64,000 bases of DNA from Lachnospiraceae bacterium (GTDB lineage Bacteria > Bacillota > Clostridia > Lachnospirales > Lachnospiraceae): contig JAJPXU010000011.1 of assembly GCA_021205305.1 (NCBI GenBank), positions 10,553 through 74,552 of the forward strand, given 5' to 3'. Under the pieces are notes generated by a model that did not search any database, was not told the DNA's origin, and saw only the letters and a program-made list of their open reading frames with translations. Positions 8,229 to 17,633 of the stretch are shown one piece after another. Both the position numbers and the translations under genes were made by a program. Numbering within the stretch: position 1 is the stretch's first letter; each line of letters begins with the position of its first letter.

Positions 8229-9638
8229 CTACCGGATACACAGACTGTCTGTCATCACACAGCGTCTTCTCTTCGTAAAGGTACTGGCGCTGGTAAGTCC
8301 CTCGCCGGTGCGGCTCGCGATGGTGAAAGTACAGAAGCCCTCGCCGCCAAAACCAATGGCGGAGTAGGACGGCCCGTTTTTCACCAGAATGGCCGTGTCA
8401 ATCGCTTTCGCATATTTCGTAATGTTGTCCACATTCTTAGAATGAATGTGCGCGGAATGGCGGTTGCCATGCTCCAGCCAGACGGCCTGCTCCACCGCGT
8501 CGTCAAAATCCTTCGCCCGCACCATTCCGAGAATCGGCATCATCAGCTCCGTCGTAATCAGCGGATGCTCCTTCGGTCCCTCAAAAACGATACAGCGGAT
8601 GTTTGCCGGGGCGTCCACACCGATCATGGCAAGCAGGGTGCGCGCATCGCGTCCCACGCATTTGCGGTTCAGCTTTCCGCCCTCAAGCACGACTGCCGTG
8701 AGCGCGTCCTGCTGCTCTTTCGATGCCAGATAGCAGTCATTTTCCGTGATCAGATAGTGCATCAGCTCATCCGCGATGGAGGACACCGCTACGATCTCCT
8801 TCTCCGCGATACAGGGCAGATTGTTGTCAAAGGTACAGCCATTCACAATATCCCGCGCCGCTTTGCGGACATCCGCAGTCTCGTCTACCAGCGCCGGAGG
8901 ATTGCCCGCGCCTGCGCCGATGCCGCGTTTACCGGAGGAAAGCACCGCCGTCACCACACCCGGACCGCCGGTCGCAGCAATCAGGGGGATGTCCTTGTGC
9001 TTCATCATGACATTGCTGGTCTCCAGCGTCGGCTTCTCTACGGTCACGCAGACGTTATCCGGGCCGCCCGCTTCCAGGGAAGCTTCATTAATCAGATTGA
9101 TCGCGTAAATCGACGTCTGAATTGCCTGCGGGTGCGGGTTAAATACCACCGTGTTGCCGCCCGCCAGCATTCCGATTGTATTGCAAAGGACGGTCTCGCT
9201 CGGATTCGTACACGGTGTAATCGCACCGATCACACCAAACGGCCCCATCTCAATCAGGGTCAGCCCCCGGTCGCCGGACCAGGCGGTCGTCGTGATATCC
9301 TCCGTACCGGGCGTCTTATCCGCCACCAGATGATGCTTCAGAATCTTGTCGCCGACATTGCCCATGCCGGTCTCTTCCACACCCATGCGCGCCAGTATTT
9401 CCGCATTCTCATGGATTTTCTTTCTTATACAGGAGATAATTTTTTCACGCTGGTCCATGGACATGACCCGCACGATCTTCTGCGCGCTCTTCGCGGCCTC
9501 AATCGCCTCATTCATATCCTTGAAAATACCGTGTTTTCCCGCGGAACCGGTATTTCCCCCGCTCGTCTGACCCTGCGCGTCCAGATTTTTCAGCACTGCC
9601 TGTACAATCTCCTGTACCATCGTTTCATTGATTGGCAT
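8229..9638 (-). CDS. pduP: CoA-acylating propionaldehyde dehydrogenase (PduP/EutE)
   Basis: PCTNPSET, ATGGPGVV, GAGAGNPP, catalytic NNLPCIAEKE; N-terminal MVQEIVQAVLKNL. Confidence 0.95.
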   Translation of the reverse strand: MPINETMVQEIVQAVLKNLDAQGQTSGGNTGSAGKHGIFKDMNEAIEAAKSAQKIVRVMSMDQREKIISCIRKKIHENAEILARMGVEETGMGNVGDKILKHHLVADKTPGTEDITTTAWSGDRGLTLIEMGPFGVIGAITPCTNPSETVLCNTIGMLAGGNTVVFNPHPQAIQTSIYAINLINEASLEAGGPDNVCVTVEKPTLETSNVMMKHKDIPLIAATGGPGVVTAVLSSGKRGIGAGAGNPPALVDETADVRKAARDIVNGCTFDNNLPCIAEKEIVAVSSIADELMHYLITENDCYLASKEQQDALTAVVLEGGKLNRKCVGRDARTLLAMIGVDAPANIRCIVFEGPKEHPLITTELMMPILGMVRAKDFDDAVEQAVWLEHGNRHSAHIHSKNVDNITKYAKAIDTAILVKNGPSYSAIGFGGEGFCTFTIASRTGEGLTSASTFTKRRRCVMTDSLCIR

Positions 9639-9650
9639 GCGCTCTTCCTC

Positions 9651-10505
9651 CTAGGCACCCAGCTGCTCCAGTACCTGCTTTGTAATCTTCGCCACCAGCT
9701 CCGGATCTACGCCGTCCGCTTTTTTCTCAGACGAATTCTTCCCTACAAAATCATACTGATAGCCCGGAAACTGCTTGTAATCCTCATCCGCGCAGATGCC
9801 GCAGTTGTGGCAGTTCTTTCCATCCTTATTCTGGCAAAGGTTCGCCGGATGCTTGCCTGCCATGCCGAATTTGCGACGAATCGCGTAGAGCTTCTCAATG
9901 TTCTTCTCATCAAATTCCTTCGGGCCGCCCAGCATCTTCGACTGGTAAAGAAGCTGTGCGTAAAACTCTACCGACTCCATCTTCATATAGGCTGCGTTCA
10001 GATCGGTCGACCAGGTCAGCGCGCCGTGGTTCTCCAACAGCACTGCGTCGAAATACGGAAGGTATTTCTCCAGGCGGTCCGGAATCTCATTCGTCGACGG
10101 TGTGCCGTACTCCGCGATCGGCACACAGCCAAGCGCAATAACCGCCTCCGGCATAATCGGCTGCGTCAGCGGAATCCCCGCGATCGCGAAAGAAGTCGCG
10201 TAGATCGGATGCGCGTGTACCACGCTTCCGACATCCGGTCTTTTCTCATAGACTCTCATGTGCATCTTGATCTCGGAAGACGGCTTGAACCCCGGGTTCG
10301 CCTGAATCACTTCGCCCTTCGCATTCACCTTGCAGATGAAGTCCGGGGTCATAAAGCCCTTTGAAACACCGGTTGGCGTGCAGAGGAACTCATTGTCATT
10401 CAGCTTAACGGAAATATTTCCGTCATTCGCCGCTACCATGTTGCGATCATAGATACGCTTTCCAATGTCGCAAATCTGTTTTTTGATCTCATACTCATTT
10501 ACCAT
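9651..10505 (-). CDS. Class II aldolase (fuculose/rhamnulose-phosphate aldolase-like) with C-terminal encapsulation peptide
   Basis: GNIS, PSSE, HAHP and NHG Zn motifs; C-terminal LVAKITKQVLEQL. Confidence 0.92.
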   Translation of the reverse strand: MVNEYEIKKQICDIGKRIYDRNMVAANDGNISVKLNDNEFLCTPTGVSKGFMTPDFICKVNAKGEVIQANPGFKPSSEIKMHMRVYEKRPDVGSVVHAHPIYATSFAIAGIPLTQPIMPEAVIALGCVPIAEYGTPSTNEIPDRLEKYLPYFDAVLLENHGALTWSTDLNAAYMKMESVEFYAQLLYQSKMLGGPKEFDEKNIEKLYAIRRKFGMAGKHPANLCQNKDGKNCHNCGICADEDYKQFPGYQYDFVGKNSSEKKADGVDPELVAKITKQVLEQLGA

Positions 10506-10547
10506 GATTCTGCCTCCGTGTGATTTGTTTACTTTTTTCTAGCATCT

Positions 10548-10576
10548 ATCCTACAACACTCCACACAATCCGTCAA
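10548..10576 (-). promoter_or_regulatory. Internal sigma-A-type promoter upstream of the aldolase
   Basis: TTGACG-17 nt-TAGGAT on the minus strand. Confidence 0.6.
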
Positions 10577-10694
10577 GTATTTCTTGTTGATTTTTGTTGG
10601 ATTTTCTGTGTTTTTGTGTTGGTTTTCGTTTTGTTTCACAGTTCCGGACAGCAGTTCCGCCGGCGGCCTGCCGTTTGGAGGAACCGCTTCTTCT

Positions 10695-11486
10695 CTATCC
10701 CCCGTTCTGGCAATCCAGAGTGCAGACCGCGTGCACCGCCTTTTTCAGCGTATCCATATGCTCTGCGGTCGGCGGAAGAATTTCTTTCATCTGATATTCC
10801 CGGCCCAATCCATCGTATTTGTCCTGCCCCAGCCGATGGTACGGCAAAAGATGAATCTTCCGCACCCCGGGCAGCGTCGCGGCAAAGCGCGCAATTGCCT
10901 GAATCTCTTCCACTGAATCATTGAAGGTGGGGATGACCGGCACGCGGATGATCAGCTCCGTCTGTCCGGAAAGCGCTACCTTTCTGGCATTTTCCAGCAT
11001 CAGGGCATTGTCCCTGCCTGTAAATTCCTTGTGCTTCGCCCCGTTCATGTGCTTGATATCCATCAGATAACGGTCCAGCCAGGGAAGAATCGCCTCGATC
11101 TTCTCCCAGGACGCGCAGGCCATACTCTCAATCGCGGTATTGATGCCATGCTCCTTCGCCGCCCGCAAAAGAGCTGCGGTAAACTCCGGCTGGCAGAGAC
11201 ATTCCCCGCCGGAGAGCGTCATCCCGCCGCCGGAGCGGTAGTAATACGGACGATCCTGCTCCACCTCGGAGAGCATCTCACGCACCGTCACATCCCTGCC
11301 GATCGTCTTCTCCGTTCCCTGCACCTTCATCGTCTGGATCCGGTACTCCTGCGATTCCGGATTGCAGCACCAGCGGCAGCGGAGCACGCAGCCTTTCAAA
11401 AACACAATTGTACGGATTCCCGGACCATCATGAATGGAATACCGCTGAATATCAAAAACGCGGCCGGTCGTGTCTAAATAATCCAT
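10695..11486 (-). CDS. Glycyl-radical enzyme activating protein (radical SAM)
   Basis: HDGPGIRTIVFLKGCVLRCRWCCNPE (CX3CX2C), GGMTLSGGE; start MDYLDTT after GGAGAGGAGG. Confidence 0.95.
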   Translation of the reverse strand: MDYLDTTGRVFDIQRYSIHDGPGIRTIVFLKGCVLRCRWCCNPESQEYRIQTMKVQGTEKTIGRDVTVREMLSEVEQDRPYYYRSGGGMTLSGGECLCQPEFTAALLRAAKEHGINTAIESMACASWEKIEAILPWLDRYLMDIKHMNGAKHKEFTGRDNALMLENARKVALSGQTELIIRVPVIPTFNDSVEEIQAIARFAATLPGVRKIHLLPYHRLGQDKYDGLGREYQMKEILPPTAEHMDTLKKAVHAVCTLDCQNGG

Positions 11487-11519
11487 GTCGTCCTCCTCTC
11501 CCGCAACTGCCGCCGCCAT

Positions 11520-14045
11520 TTAGAATCCTTGTTCTGTACGATTAATAATATCATCCTGTAAAGAACGGGAAAGCGTCGTGAACAAAGCACTGTAACCCGC
11601 GACACGCACCACCAGCTGCTTATAATTCTCCGGATGCTCCTGCGCGTCCAGCAGCGTCTCACGGCTGACCACATTGAACTGCATATGCATGCCCTTCTGG
11701 TCAAAGAACCCGCGGATCAGCGCCACAAACTTCTCCAGTCCTTCCCGGCCGGAAAGCGCGGACGGATGGAATTTCTGGTTAAACAGGGTGCCGTTCGATA
11801 CAATAAAATGATCCAGCCGCGCCACGGAGCTTGCCGCTGCGGTCGGTCCTTTTACATCTCGGCCCGCGGATGGGGAAACGCCGTCCGCCACTGGTGTGTG
11901 CGCGTACCGTCCGTCCGGAGTGGCGCCCGTCTGTGCGCCGAGCGGCACATTCGCAGAAACCGGATACAGGCCTGCCTGATACCATCCGCCTCTTGGATTA
12001 CGAAAGGTCTGAACCGGCTTTGTATAATAGTAAGCCATCTCCCGCGCCAGCTGGTCGACCTCAGGAATGTTGTTGCCATACTTTGGAACAGCCTCAATCA
12101 GAGAATGAATCTCTTCATAGCGCGCCAGCTTTGCCGGTTCCGGCTTCGTGTTCAGCACCGTCCGCAGCACCGTCTCGGCCGTATTCGCATCAACCGTCTG
12201 CCCGGAGGCCTGCGCTTCTCTTAGAATCGTTGTCGTCAGGTCTGCGGCTGAGCGCTCATCCAGCCCCTTGCCGTAATTCCAGGCAAGCGCTTCTTTGAGT
12301 TCCTGCATGGTGAATTTTTTCTGCTCATAGACCAGGGTGCGGACCGCGTAGAAGGAATCCGCAATGTTCGCAATGCCGAAGCCCTGCGGGCCGGTAAAGT
12401 TGTACCTTGCCCCGCCCTCCTGCAGAGATTTCCCGCTTTTCAGGCAGTCATCCACCAGACAGGATTCAAACGGAAGCGGGCAGCGCTCGGCGTGCGCCAC
12501 ATCGATGGCATTGTCCGCGTTCACCAGCAGGGAAATGCAGTAATCCATCTGTTTTTTGTAGGCATCGCAGAATTCCTCGAAGGTCTCCATCTTCGTGACA
12601 TCGCCCGTCTCAATTCCCACCAGCTCGCCCTTGTCCCAGCCATTGGAAAAGACCAGCTCCAGCGGGCGGCACATATTGAAGAATGCCGCGTCATGCCAGC
12701 CGTCCGTCCTGCCTGCCTTCTGCGGCTCCACACAACCGATGATGCAGTAATCCCGCGCCTCTTCCAGAGAGAGTCCCCGGTTCTGCAAAGACGGAATGAT
12801 CACCTCGTCATTATAATAGGCCGGCTGCCCGAGGCCTGTCCGGGTCAGCTCCGCCGCCTTAATCAGGAATTCATGCGGCGAACCGTTCCAGACGCGGATG
12901 GAAAACGACGGCTGCGGCAGATGCACATGCTTCGATGCCTGAATACACATAAAGGAAAGATCATTGGTCGCATCCTCTCCGTTTTCATCCTGCCCGCCGG
13001 CAATCAGGTTCTGGAACAGACTGTAGCCCGCAAAACCTTCCGCAGACACGCCGTCGCGGCACTTATTCAGGTCATTTAACTTCACCCATACGCAGTCCAT
13101 CAGCTCCTGTGCAAATTCACGGGTGATCTTACCCTGCTCCATGTCCTTCTTATAATAAGGGTACATATACTGGTCGAACCGCCCCGGAGAAATCGAGTGT
13201 CCGCTTGACTCCATCTGCAGCAGCTGCTGGACAAACCAGAACGACTGGCAAGCCTCATAAAAACCACGCGCCCCTTTTGCCGGAACCCGATCGCAATTTG
13301 CCGCAATCGTCAAAAGTTCCTGCCGTCTGACGGGATCCGCGCACTGTCCTGCCATCTCTCTGGCCAGCGCCGCATAGCGGCTGGCGTACTCTATCACCGC
13401 CTGACAGCTTAAAATCACTGCCCGAAGAAAACTCGATTTTTTTGCGTAATCGCCATCCCCCACACGGCAAGAGGCCAGCTCCGCCTCTGTCTTTTTGATG
13501 ATCCCCTCACAGCCAATTTCCAGCACTTCCCAATACTTGACGGTAATATGTCCGATCCCGTTGTAGTAATAATTTCCGGGCGTAAAAATGCCGTGTTCGA
13601 TCGCCCGGGCTGCCTCCGGTGCCATATAAGCGGATGCCAGCTCACTGGTAGTCTTGCCCTTCCAGTATTTATGTACTTCCTTAAACTCTGCCTTCGTCTC
13701 CTCCGCGATATAAAACGGATCCGCCGCGCGTGTCGCCACGGTGTCAAACTCCGCCTCCAGCCACTCGTAAGAATACTCCGGAAACGTCTGGCAGCCGCGG
13801 GGCGCCAGAGTGCTGCTTCCCACAATCAGCTCCTGGTCACGGATCGTAATCGGGATATACCGCAGAATATGCGCAAACGCTTTCGCCCTGCGCATAATGA
13901 TCGGCTCCCCCTCTGTCTCCTTATAAGACTCCGTCACCAGCTTCGCCCTGGCCGACTCAATCACCGGCATATTCGCAAACAGGTCGTCAATCAGCTTCGT
14001 GATCCGCTCCGTCTTCGGAAGATCAACAATGTGAAACCTCTCCAT
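11520..14045 (-). CDS. Glycyl radical enzyme, B12-independent 1,2-propanediol dehydratase
   Basis: GCVEP catalytic Cys loop, RVAGYS glycyl loop, GHSISPGRFDQY; BMC context with aldolase and PduP/PduL. Substrate inferred from locus type. Confidence 0.88.
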   Translation of the reverse strand: MERFHIVDLPKTERITKLIDDLFANMPVIESARAKLVTESYKETEGEPIIMRRAKAFAHILRYIPITIRDQELIVGSSTLAPRGCQTFPEYSYEWLEAEFDTVATRAADPFYIAEETKAEFKEVHKYWKGKTTSELASAYMAPEAARAIEHGIFTPGNYYYNGIGHITVKYWEVLEIGCEGIIKKTEAELASCRVGDGDYAKKSSFLRAVILSCQAVIEYASRYAALAREMAGQCADPVRRQELLTIAANCDRVPAKGARGFYEACQSFWFVQQLLQMESSGHSISPGRFDQYMYPYYKKDMEQGKITREFAQELMDCVWVKLNDLNKCRDGVSAEGFAGYSLFQNLIAGGQDENGEDATNDLSFMCIQASKHVHLPQPSFSIRVWNGSPHEFLIKAAELTRTGLGQPAYYNDEVIIPSLQNRGLSLEEARDYCIIGCVEPQKAGRTDGWHDAAFFNMCRPLELVFSNGWDKGELVGIETGDVTKMETFEEFCDAYKKQMDYCISLLVNADNAIDVAHAERCPLPFESCLVDDCLKSGKSLQEGGARYNFTGPQGFGIANIADSFYAVRTLVYEQKKFTMQELKEALAWNYGKGLDERSAADLTTTILREAQASGQTVDANTAETVLRTVLNTKPEPAKLARYEEIHSLIEAVPKYGNNIPEVDQLAREMAYYYTKPVQTFRNPRGGWYQAGLYPVSANVPLGAQTGATPDGRYAHTPVADGVSPSAGRDVKGPTAAASSVARLDHFIVSNGTLFNQKFHPSALSGREGLEKFVALIRGFFDQKGMHMQFNVVSRETLLDAQEHPENYKQLVVRVAGYSALFTTLSRSLQDDIINRTEQGF

Positions 14046-14124
14046 GCTTCTCCTTTCCCATGAATGCCTTCCGGCATGCCATGCCATTTTTTGTATTACG
14101 GTAGTAGATCAAATTCTGATATCG

Positions 14125-14153
14125 ATTATACTCGTATTTAGTGGGCATGTCAA
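14125..14153 (-). promoter_or_regulatory. Consensus sigma-A promoter of the GRM operon
   Basis: TTGACA-17 nt-TATAAT on the minus strand. Confidence 0.85.
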
Positions 14154-14269
14154 CACAACCCAACGCATATATTTGTTATTTTATGTTGTTTTTTGATATG
14201 TTTTTTGTGGTATTTTGTTGAACTCACGATATAGTTGCAAAATGCATGCCATTCACCCCCTGCTTGCCC

Positions 14270-14324
14270 GCGTGAGCCGGGTGCGGCATCAGCCGCAAAG
14301 CACCTTGCCCGACTTGTGCGCATA
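14270..14324. repeat. Family E palindromic repeat, degenerate copy
   Basis: GAGCCGGGTGCGGC-ATCA-GCCGCAAA...TTGCCCGACTTGTGCGCATA. Confidence 0.7.
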
Positions 14325-14599
14325 GAAAAATCCGGCCATTCCGAAGCATTGCTTCAAAACAGCCGGGTCTTCCTCATTTGTACTTTTTGTATTCCTTTGC
14401 AGTTTAAAATCTTTTGTGTCTTAAAATCTTTTTTCTTCCGTTTCTTAAAATCTTACGTATCTTACCGTCTTATGTACTCCACCATCTTCTGTACTTTCTC
14501 TGCCATCTGTGACACACTCTCTTTTGTACATTTCAAAGCTTTCTCGTCTTTTGTATTCTTCAAGTCTTTTGTACTCTCCGGCATCTTTCGTAAAAGTGG

Positions 14600-14624
14600 A
14601 GTAAAACGACTTACGTCGTTTACT
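14600..14624 (-). terminator. Likely intrinsic terminator after ppdK
   Basis: AGTAAACGAC-GTAA-GTCGTTTTACT hairpin 12 nt after the stop codon. Confidence 0.55.
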
Positions 14625-14636
14625 ATTATCCAAAGA

Positions 14637-17267
14637 TCACGCTTTCTTATCCGCGATCGCTGCCTGCGCTGCCGCAAGTCTCGCAATCGGTACACGGAAA
14701 GGTGAGCAGGATACATAGTCAAGACCGATCTTATGGCAGTATTCTACAGAAGACGGATCGCCGCCGTGCTCGCCGCAGATACCGAAATGCAGATCCGGGT
14801 TTGCCGGACGGCCAAGCTCGATCGCCATCTCCATCAGCTTGCCGACACCATTCTGGTCGAGCTTCGCAAACGGGTCGTTCTCGAAAATCTTCGCGTCATA
14901 GTAAGAGGTCAGGAACTTGCTCGCATCGTCACGGGAGAAGCCATAGCACATCTGTGTCAGGTCATTCGTACCGAAGCAGAAGAAGTCTGCCTCTTTCGCG
15001 ATATCCGATGCCGTCAGCGCCGCACGCGGGATCTCAATCATCGTACCAACTTCGTACTTCAATTCAACGCCGGCAGCCTTAATTTCCTTCTCAGCTACTT
15101 CTACAACGGTCTTCTTTACAAACTTCAGCTCTTTCGCGTCGCCTACGAGCGGGATCATAATCTCCGGAACAACATTCCAGTCCGGATGCTTCTTCTGTAC
15201 ATTGATCGCCGCGCGGATAACTGCCATCGTCTGCATCTTCGCAATCTCAGGGAAGGTAACGTCCAGACGGCAACCGCGGTGACCCATCATCGGGTTGAAT
15301 TCTTTCAGCGCGTCAATCTGCTTGCGGATATGCTCCATGCTCTTGTGCTGCGCGTCCGCAAGCTTCCGGATGTCTTCCTCCTCGGTCGGAACGAACTCAT
15401 GAAGAGGCGGATCCAGGAAACGGATGGTGACCGGATTGCCTTCCATCGCCTCATAGAGTGCCTCGAAGTCTGCCTGCTGATATGGAAGAATCTTCTCCAG
15501 GGCAGCTTCTCTCTCTTCGGTCGTCTCCGCGCAGATCATCTCACGGAAAGCGTCGATTCTCTCTTCGCCGAAGAACATATGCTCGGTACGGCACAGGCCA
15601 ATGCCTTCCGCGCCAAGCTCACGCGCCTTGCGCGCATCTCTCGGCGTATCAGCGTTCGTTCTTACTTTCAGCTTTCTGTACTGGTCAGCCCAGGTCATAA
15701 TACGGCCGAACTCTCCTGCGATCGTCGCGTCAACGGTCGGGATCAGACCCTCATATACGTTACCGGTCGAACCATCGATTGAAATCTCATCGCCCTCATG
15801 GAATTCCTTGCCGTTTACCGTAAACTTCTTATGCAGCTCGTCCATCACGATATCGCCGCAGCCGGATACACAGCAGGTACCCATACCACGCGCTACCACT
15901 GCTGCATGACTCGTCATACCGCCGCGAACCGTCAGGATACCCTGCGCGTTCTTCATGCCCTCAATATCTTCCGGCGAGGTCTCCAGGCGAACCAGGACAA
16001 CCTTCTCACCTCTCGCTGCCCATTCCTTTGCGTCTTCCGCCGAGAAAACAATTCTGCCGCACGCAGCTCCCGGTGAAGCACCCAAGCCTCTGGTGAGCGG
16101 CACTGCCTTGTGCAGAATATAAGAATCGAACTGCGGGTGAAGCAGGGTGTCAAGGTTCCGCGGGTCGATCATCGCAACCGCCTCTTCCTCGGTTCTCTTG
16201 CCCTCATCTACCAGATCGCAGGCAATCTTCAGAGCCGCCTGCGCGGTTCTCTTGCCGTTACGGGTCTGCAGCATATACAGCTTATTATTCTCTACGGTAA
16301 ACTCCATATCCTGCATATCGCGGTAATGATCTTCCAGGATACTGCAAACGGAGGTAAACTGTGCAAACGCCTCTGGGAACTTCTGCTCCATCTCGCTGAT
16401 GTGCATCGGGGTACGGACACCTGCTACTACGTCCTCGCCCTGTGCGTTTGTCAGGAACTCACCAAACAGGCCCTTCTTGCCGGTCGCCGGATCACGTGTA
16501 AATGCCACGCCGGTACCGCAGTCATCACCCATATTGCCAAAGGCCATCATCTGTACGTTTACCGCAGTACCCCAGGAATACGGGATATCATTGTCGCGGC
16601 GGTATACGTTCGCACGCGGGTTGTCCCAGGAACGGAACACAGCCTTGATCGCCTCTACCAGCTGTACCTTCGGATCTGTCGGGAAATCGCTGCCGATCTT
16701 TGCTTTATACTCAGCCTTAAACTGATAAGCCAGCTCCTTCAGGTCGTCCGCATCCAGCTCTACATCGTGGACAACGCCCTTCTTCGCCTTCATCTTATCG
16801 ATCAGCTCTTCGAAATACTTCTTGCCAACTTCCATCACGACGTCAGAGAACATCTGAATGAAACGGCGATAGCAGTCCCACGCCCAGCGCGGATTGCCGG
16901 ACTTCTTGGAAAGCACCTCTACAACGTCTTCATTCAGTCCTAAGTTCAGGATCGTATCCATCATGCCCGGCATAGATGCTCTCGCGCCGGAACGGACAGA
17001 AACAAGCAGCGGGTTCTCAATATCTCCGAACTTCTTTCCTGTAATCTCTTCCATCTTGCCGATCGCTTCTACGATCTGGTCCATAATCTCGTCATTGATC
17101 TGGCGGCCATCCTCGTAATACTGCGTGCAGGCTTCTGTCGTAATTGTAAAGCCCTGCGGTACCGGCAGACCCAGGTTGGTCATTTCCGCGAGGTTCGCGC
17201 CCTTGCCACCGAGCAGGTTCCGCATATTCGCATTGCCCTCGGTGAACATATAAACCCATTTGTTCAT
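14637..17267 (-). CDS. ppdK: Pyruvate, phosphate dikinase
   Basis: LGGKGANLAEM, SVRSGA, GGMTSHAAVVARG (phospho-His), ICGEHGGDP; start MNKWVY after GAGGA. Confidence 0.98.
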   Translation of the reverse strand: MNKWVYMFTEGNANMRNLLGGKGANLAEMTNLGLPVPQGFTITTEACTQYYEDGRQINDEIMDQIVEAIGKMEEITGKKFGDIENPLLVSVRSGARASMPGMMDTILNLGLNEDVVEVLSKKSGNPRWAWDCYRRFIQMFSDVVMEVGKKYFEELIDKMKAKKGVVHDVELDADDLKELAYQFKAEYKAKIGSDFPTDPKVQLVEAIKAVFRSWDNPRANVYRRDNDIPYSWGTAVNVQMMAFGNMGDDCGTGVAFTRDPATGKKGLFGEFLTNAQGEDVVAGVRTPMHISEMEQKFPEAFAQFTSVCSILEDHYRDMQDMEFTVENNKLYMLQTRNGKRTAQAALKIACDLVDEGKRTEEEAVAMIDPRNLDTLLHPQFDSYILHKAVPLTRGLGASPGAACGRIVFSAEDAKEWAARGEKVVLVRLETSPEDIEGMKNAQGILTVRGGMTSHAAVVARGMGTCCVSGCGDIVMDELHKKFTVNGKEFHEGDEISIDGSTGNVYEGLIPTVDATIAGEFGRIMTWADQYRKLKVRTNADTPRDARKARELGAEGIGLCRTEHMFFGEERIDAFREMICAETTEEREAALEKILPYQQADFEALYEAMEGNPVTIRFLDPPLHEFVPTEEEDIRKLADAQHKSMEHIRKQIDALKEFNPMMGHRGCRLDVTFPEIAKMQTMAVIRAAINVQKKHPDWNVVPEIMIPLVGDAKELKFVKKTVVEVAEKEIKAAGVELKYEVGTMIEIPRAALTASDIAKEADFFCFGTNDLTQMCYGFSRDDASKFLTSYYDAKIFENDPFAKLDQNGVGKLMEMAIELGRPANPDLHFGICGEHGGDPSSVEYCHKIGLDYVSCSPFRVPIARLAAAQAAIADKKA

Positions 17268-17405
17268 TTTACAATTCCTCCTGATTGGTTTCCCGTGTGG
17301 ATATATGATTTTGCTGACAGCCACTTTCTGACGAGACTTACGATATCTGAAGTCCCTGACATCTCTGCACTTTTGTGGCAGGCAACATTTCCCACCTCTG
17401 TATCA

Positions 17406-17433
17406 ATTGTAACATATTTCCTACATCAGTCAA
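17406..17433 (-). promoter_or_regulatory. ppdK promoter
   Basis: TTGACT-16 nt-TACAAT with extended TG on the minus strand. Confidence 0.55.
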
Positions 17434-17633
17434 GAAAATCCTTGTCCGATTTTTGAGTTTTTTGTGCATAATCTTTGAAAGTTTCGTGACGGGCGGTCAA
17501 TTTTTGTCATTTTCGTGGATTTCCGTCAAAAATCATTTGTGACATATCGTCGTGATACGCACTACAATCCGGGACGCTAAATTCAAAGATTCCTTCCGTA
17601 TCTTCACAATTCCGTGGAAGCCACGATTCTTTT

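Noticed and set aside
7215-10364. 1049-aa plus-strand ORF spanning ADH, PduP and aldolase
   Set aside because: Antisense shadow. The three real genes are in the same frame (offsets 1230 and 1422 are multiples of 3), so codon bias keeps the opposite frame open; no RBS or recognisable motifs.
14114-14132. Possible CcpA cre site over the GRM -10 box (TGATATCGATTATA)
   Set aside because: Several mismatches to the cre consensus; not supportable without a matrix scan.
14377-14580. Possible CRISPR array
   Set aside because: Units are only 9-11 nt, degenerate and irregularly spaced; no cas genes. Kept only as a low-complexity array.
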